From Marsupella aquatica (Eukaryota > Plantae > Marchantiophyta): a DNA stretch of 64,000 nt. The notes beneath the pieces are model-generated. The model worked only from the letters and a program-made list of their open reading frames with translations, ran no database searches and was not told where the DNA came from. The position numbers were made by a program, and so were the translations under genes. The number at the start of each line of letters is the position of its first letter. Position 1 is the first letter of the stretch. Shown piece after piece: positions 62,455 through 64,000 of this stretch. The stretch is taken from contig OZ316891.1 in NCBI GenBank assembly GCA_973895155.1, positions 2,989,801 through 3,053,800 on the forward strand, read 5' to 3'.

Positions 62455-63506
62455 TTGAAGGGTAGCACGGAGGGGTGGACAAAGGCAACCGTGCTAGGAG
62501 AGACATCCACGGCAGCCGAGATGAAGAGGAAGGGAAACAACAACGAAGAGGCCACCCCGGCAAAAAGAACGAGGTTGGCGACACCAAAGAAGCTAGCAGA
62601 ACAGCAGAGCAGGAGGCAGAGAGAAGCCGAGGAGGAGGAGGTCAATCCCATCAACGCCATTCCAACAAGAGATGATACCTGGAAAGGCTGGGCGGTGATT
62701 CTCCCTGAGAAAGTGCAATTATGCTTTGCACAGGAGGAGGATGCATGCTTTACGGCTATGCAGACTCGGAAATACCAAGGCTTCATGGCCGGATCCGGCT
62801 TGGAAGCCTTCGTAAAGTTACCGTGGCTGAAGCTGGAGGTGCCGGATTCAGACTTACTAGAATTCGTGGGATCATGGGAGTCCGAGACCAATTCCACAAG
62901 GGTGTATGGGAAGGATTTATATCTCACTCCCCAGGTGATTGCCGAAGTGTTTGGCTTGCCGATGGGCAATAAGACCAAGGTAGATACCAGGAAGACTTTG
63001 CCAGACAAGGAGTTCCGGTCGTTTCCAGGGCCTTCAACAAAGAATGGCTTCTTCCGAAACACCTGCACCAACCCGCATATAGGAGAGATGATCGATTTCT
63101 TGCGGGTGACCATGCATTGCAACTGGCCGAGACCAGAGATCGGCAAGGCACAGGTCTATCTGGAAAAGAGGCCAGACCCAAGCCGGGACTACAATGGTTA
63201 CCTCCTCACTCAACTAAAGAAGATCTTGAAGGAGGAACAACTGGTGATCGGCAAGGGAAGCGTGTCCCTGCTTGGCTATCACGTACCGCTATTATGCCGG
63301 TATGCCCGAAGTAAGACCTTTTCCCCGGTACTTCCCCTACAAGCAAGGGCACCAGAGGAGGTTCCAAAACAGAGGCCGGCAACGGAGAAACCCAACCCGC
63401 CCGATAGTCCTACAATCGAGCAGGTGTTTAGGCCAAGGACGAAGGACTTGCCAATGCAGCAACTAGGCATGCAGAATCTGCTGAAATTGCTGGAGAAGGA
63501 AAAGAG

Positions 63507-63537
<31 letters not shown>

Positions 63538-63957
63538 CCAATACAGGACACTGCTCTAGAGGTAGGCCTAAGCCTGCTTACAAGGGAAAACCCCTTTACT
63601 GGAGTCAAGGAGAGAAGGAGGCCGGAACACGAGCCGGGAGTCCGGATGTATGTAGGAGCCTCTAGTCCCGAAGCCGAGGAGAAGCAGGCCGTAGCTCTCG
63701 GCCACGACAAGGAGAAGAAGAGATCAACATGGAAGCCGGAGGAGGAACCAAGACCGATGAGAGGTGAAGCCGTGTTCACGACAAAACCAGGAGAACAGCG
63801 GGAGAAGCCGGTAGTCCAAGCCGAGGAGGAGGCGGTGGAGGACTACAACAATGATAACTCCAGCTACAGGTCGGATCATCATGTTCCAGGAGTAAGGACC
63901 TGTGGCCGGTTCATCCCCACGCTCCCAAGAGTAGTTCGAGGAGACCCGACCCAGTAG
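62455..63957 (+). CDS. Retroelement accessory ORF, second copy (PMD/'plant transposon protein'-like); stop probably premature
   Basis: GLEAFVKLPW..LEF..VYGKDLYLTPQVIAEVFGLP..KNGF..C. The TAG at 63955 corresponds to CAG in the inverted copy, where the frame continues toward the coiled coil. Confidence 0.7.
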
Positions 63958-64000
63958 AGCAGCACCGAGTCTCCCCCACCAGATGTCACTCCCCCGAGCT

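Overview
Eukaryotic, land-plant-type heterochromatic window made almost entirely of nested transposable elements, with no intact host gene. Left to right: (1) a minus-strand non-chromovirus Ty3/Gypsy element (tRNA-Asp PBS, ~1.39-kb LTR). Its gag-protease and RT-RH-INT are in frame across a single UGA followed by CAA-UUA, a stop-readthrough context. It also carries a large 3' extra ORF, a second retropepsin-like ORF and arrays of a GACGCT-N6-AGCGTC palindrome. (2) A fragment of a related element. (3) An 18.5-kb CACTA/En-Spm transposon with apparently intact TnpD- and TnpA-like genes plus three intact co-oriented cargo ORFs (tandem BRCT, EDM2-type triple PHD, lone PHD-like finger) and a captured RPL18a fragment. 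(4) A second, divergent, decayed CACTA with the same BRCT-TnpD-TnpA order. (5) A young 3.8-kb non-autonomous LTR element with a half-tRNA-type PBS. (6) PIF/Harbinger remnants. (7) A decayed Tnt1-like Copia carrying a 2.4-kb solo LTR. (8) Two inverted copies of another retroelement-type long ORF. The strongest candidates for a new system are the CACTA family carrying chromatin-reader/DNA-repair-adaptor modules, and the readthrough, two-protease Gypsy. All family assignments come from motif recognition by eye, not from database searches.
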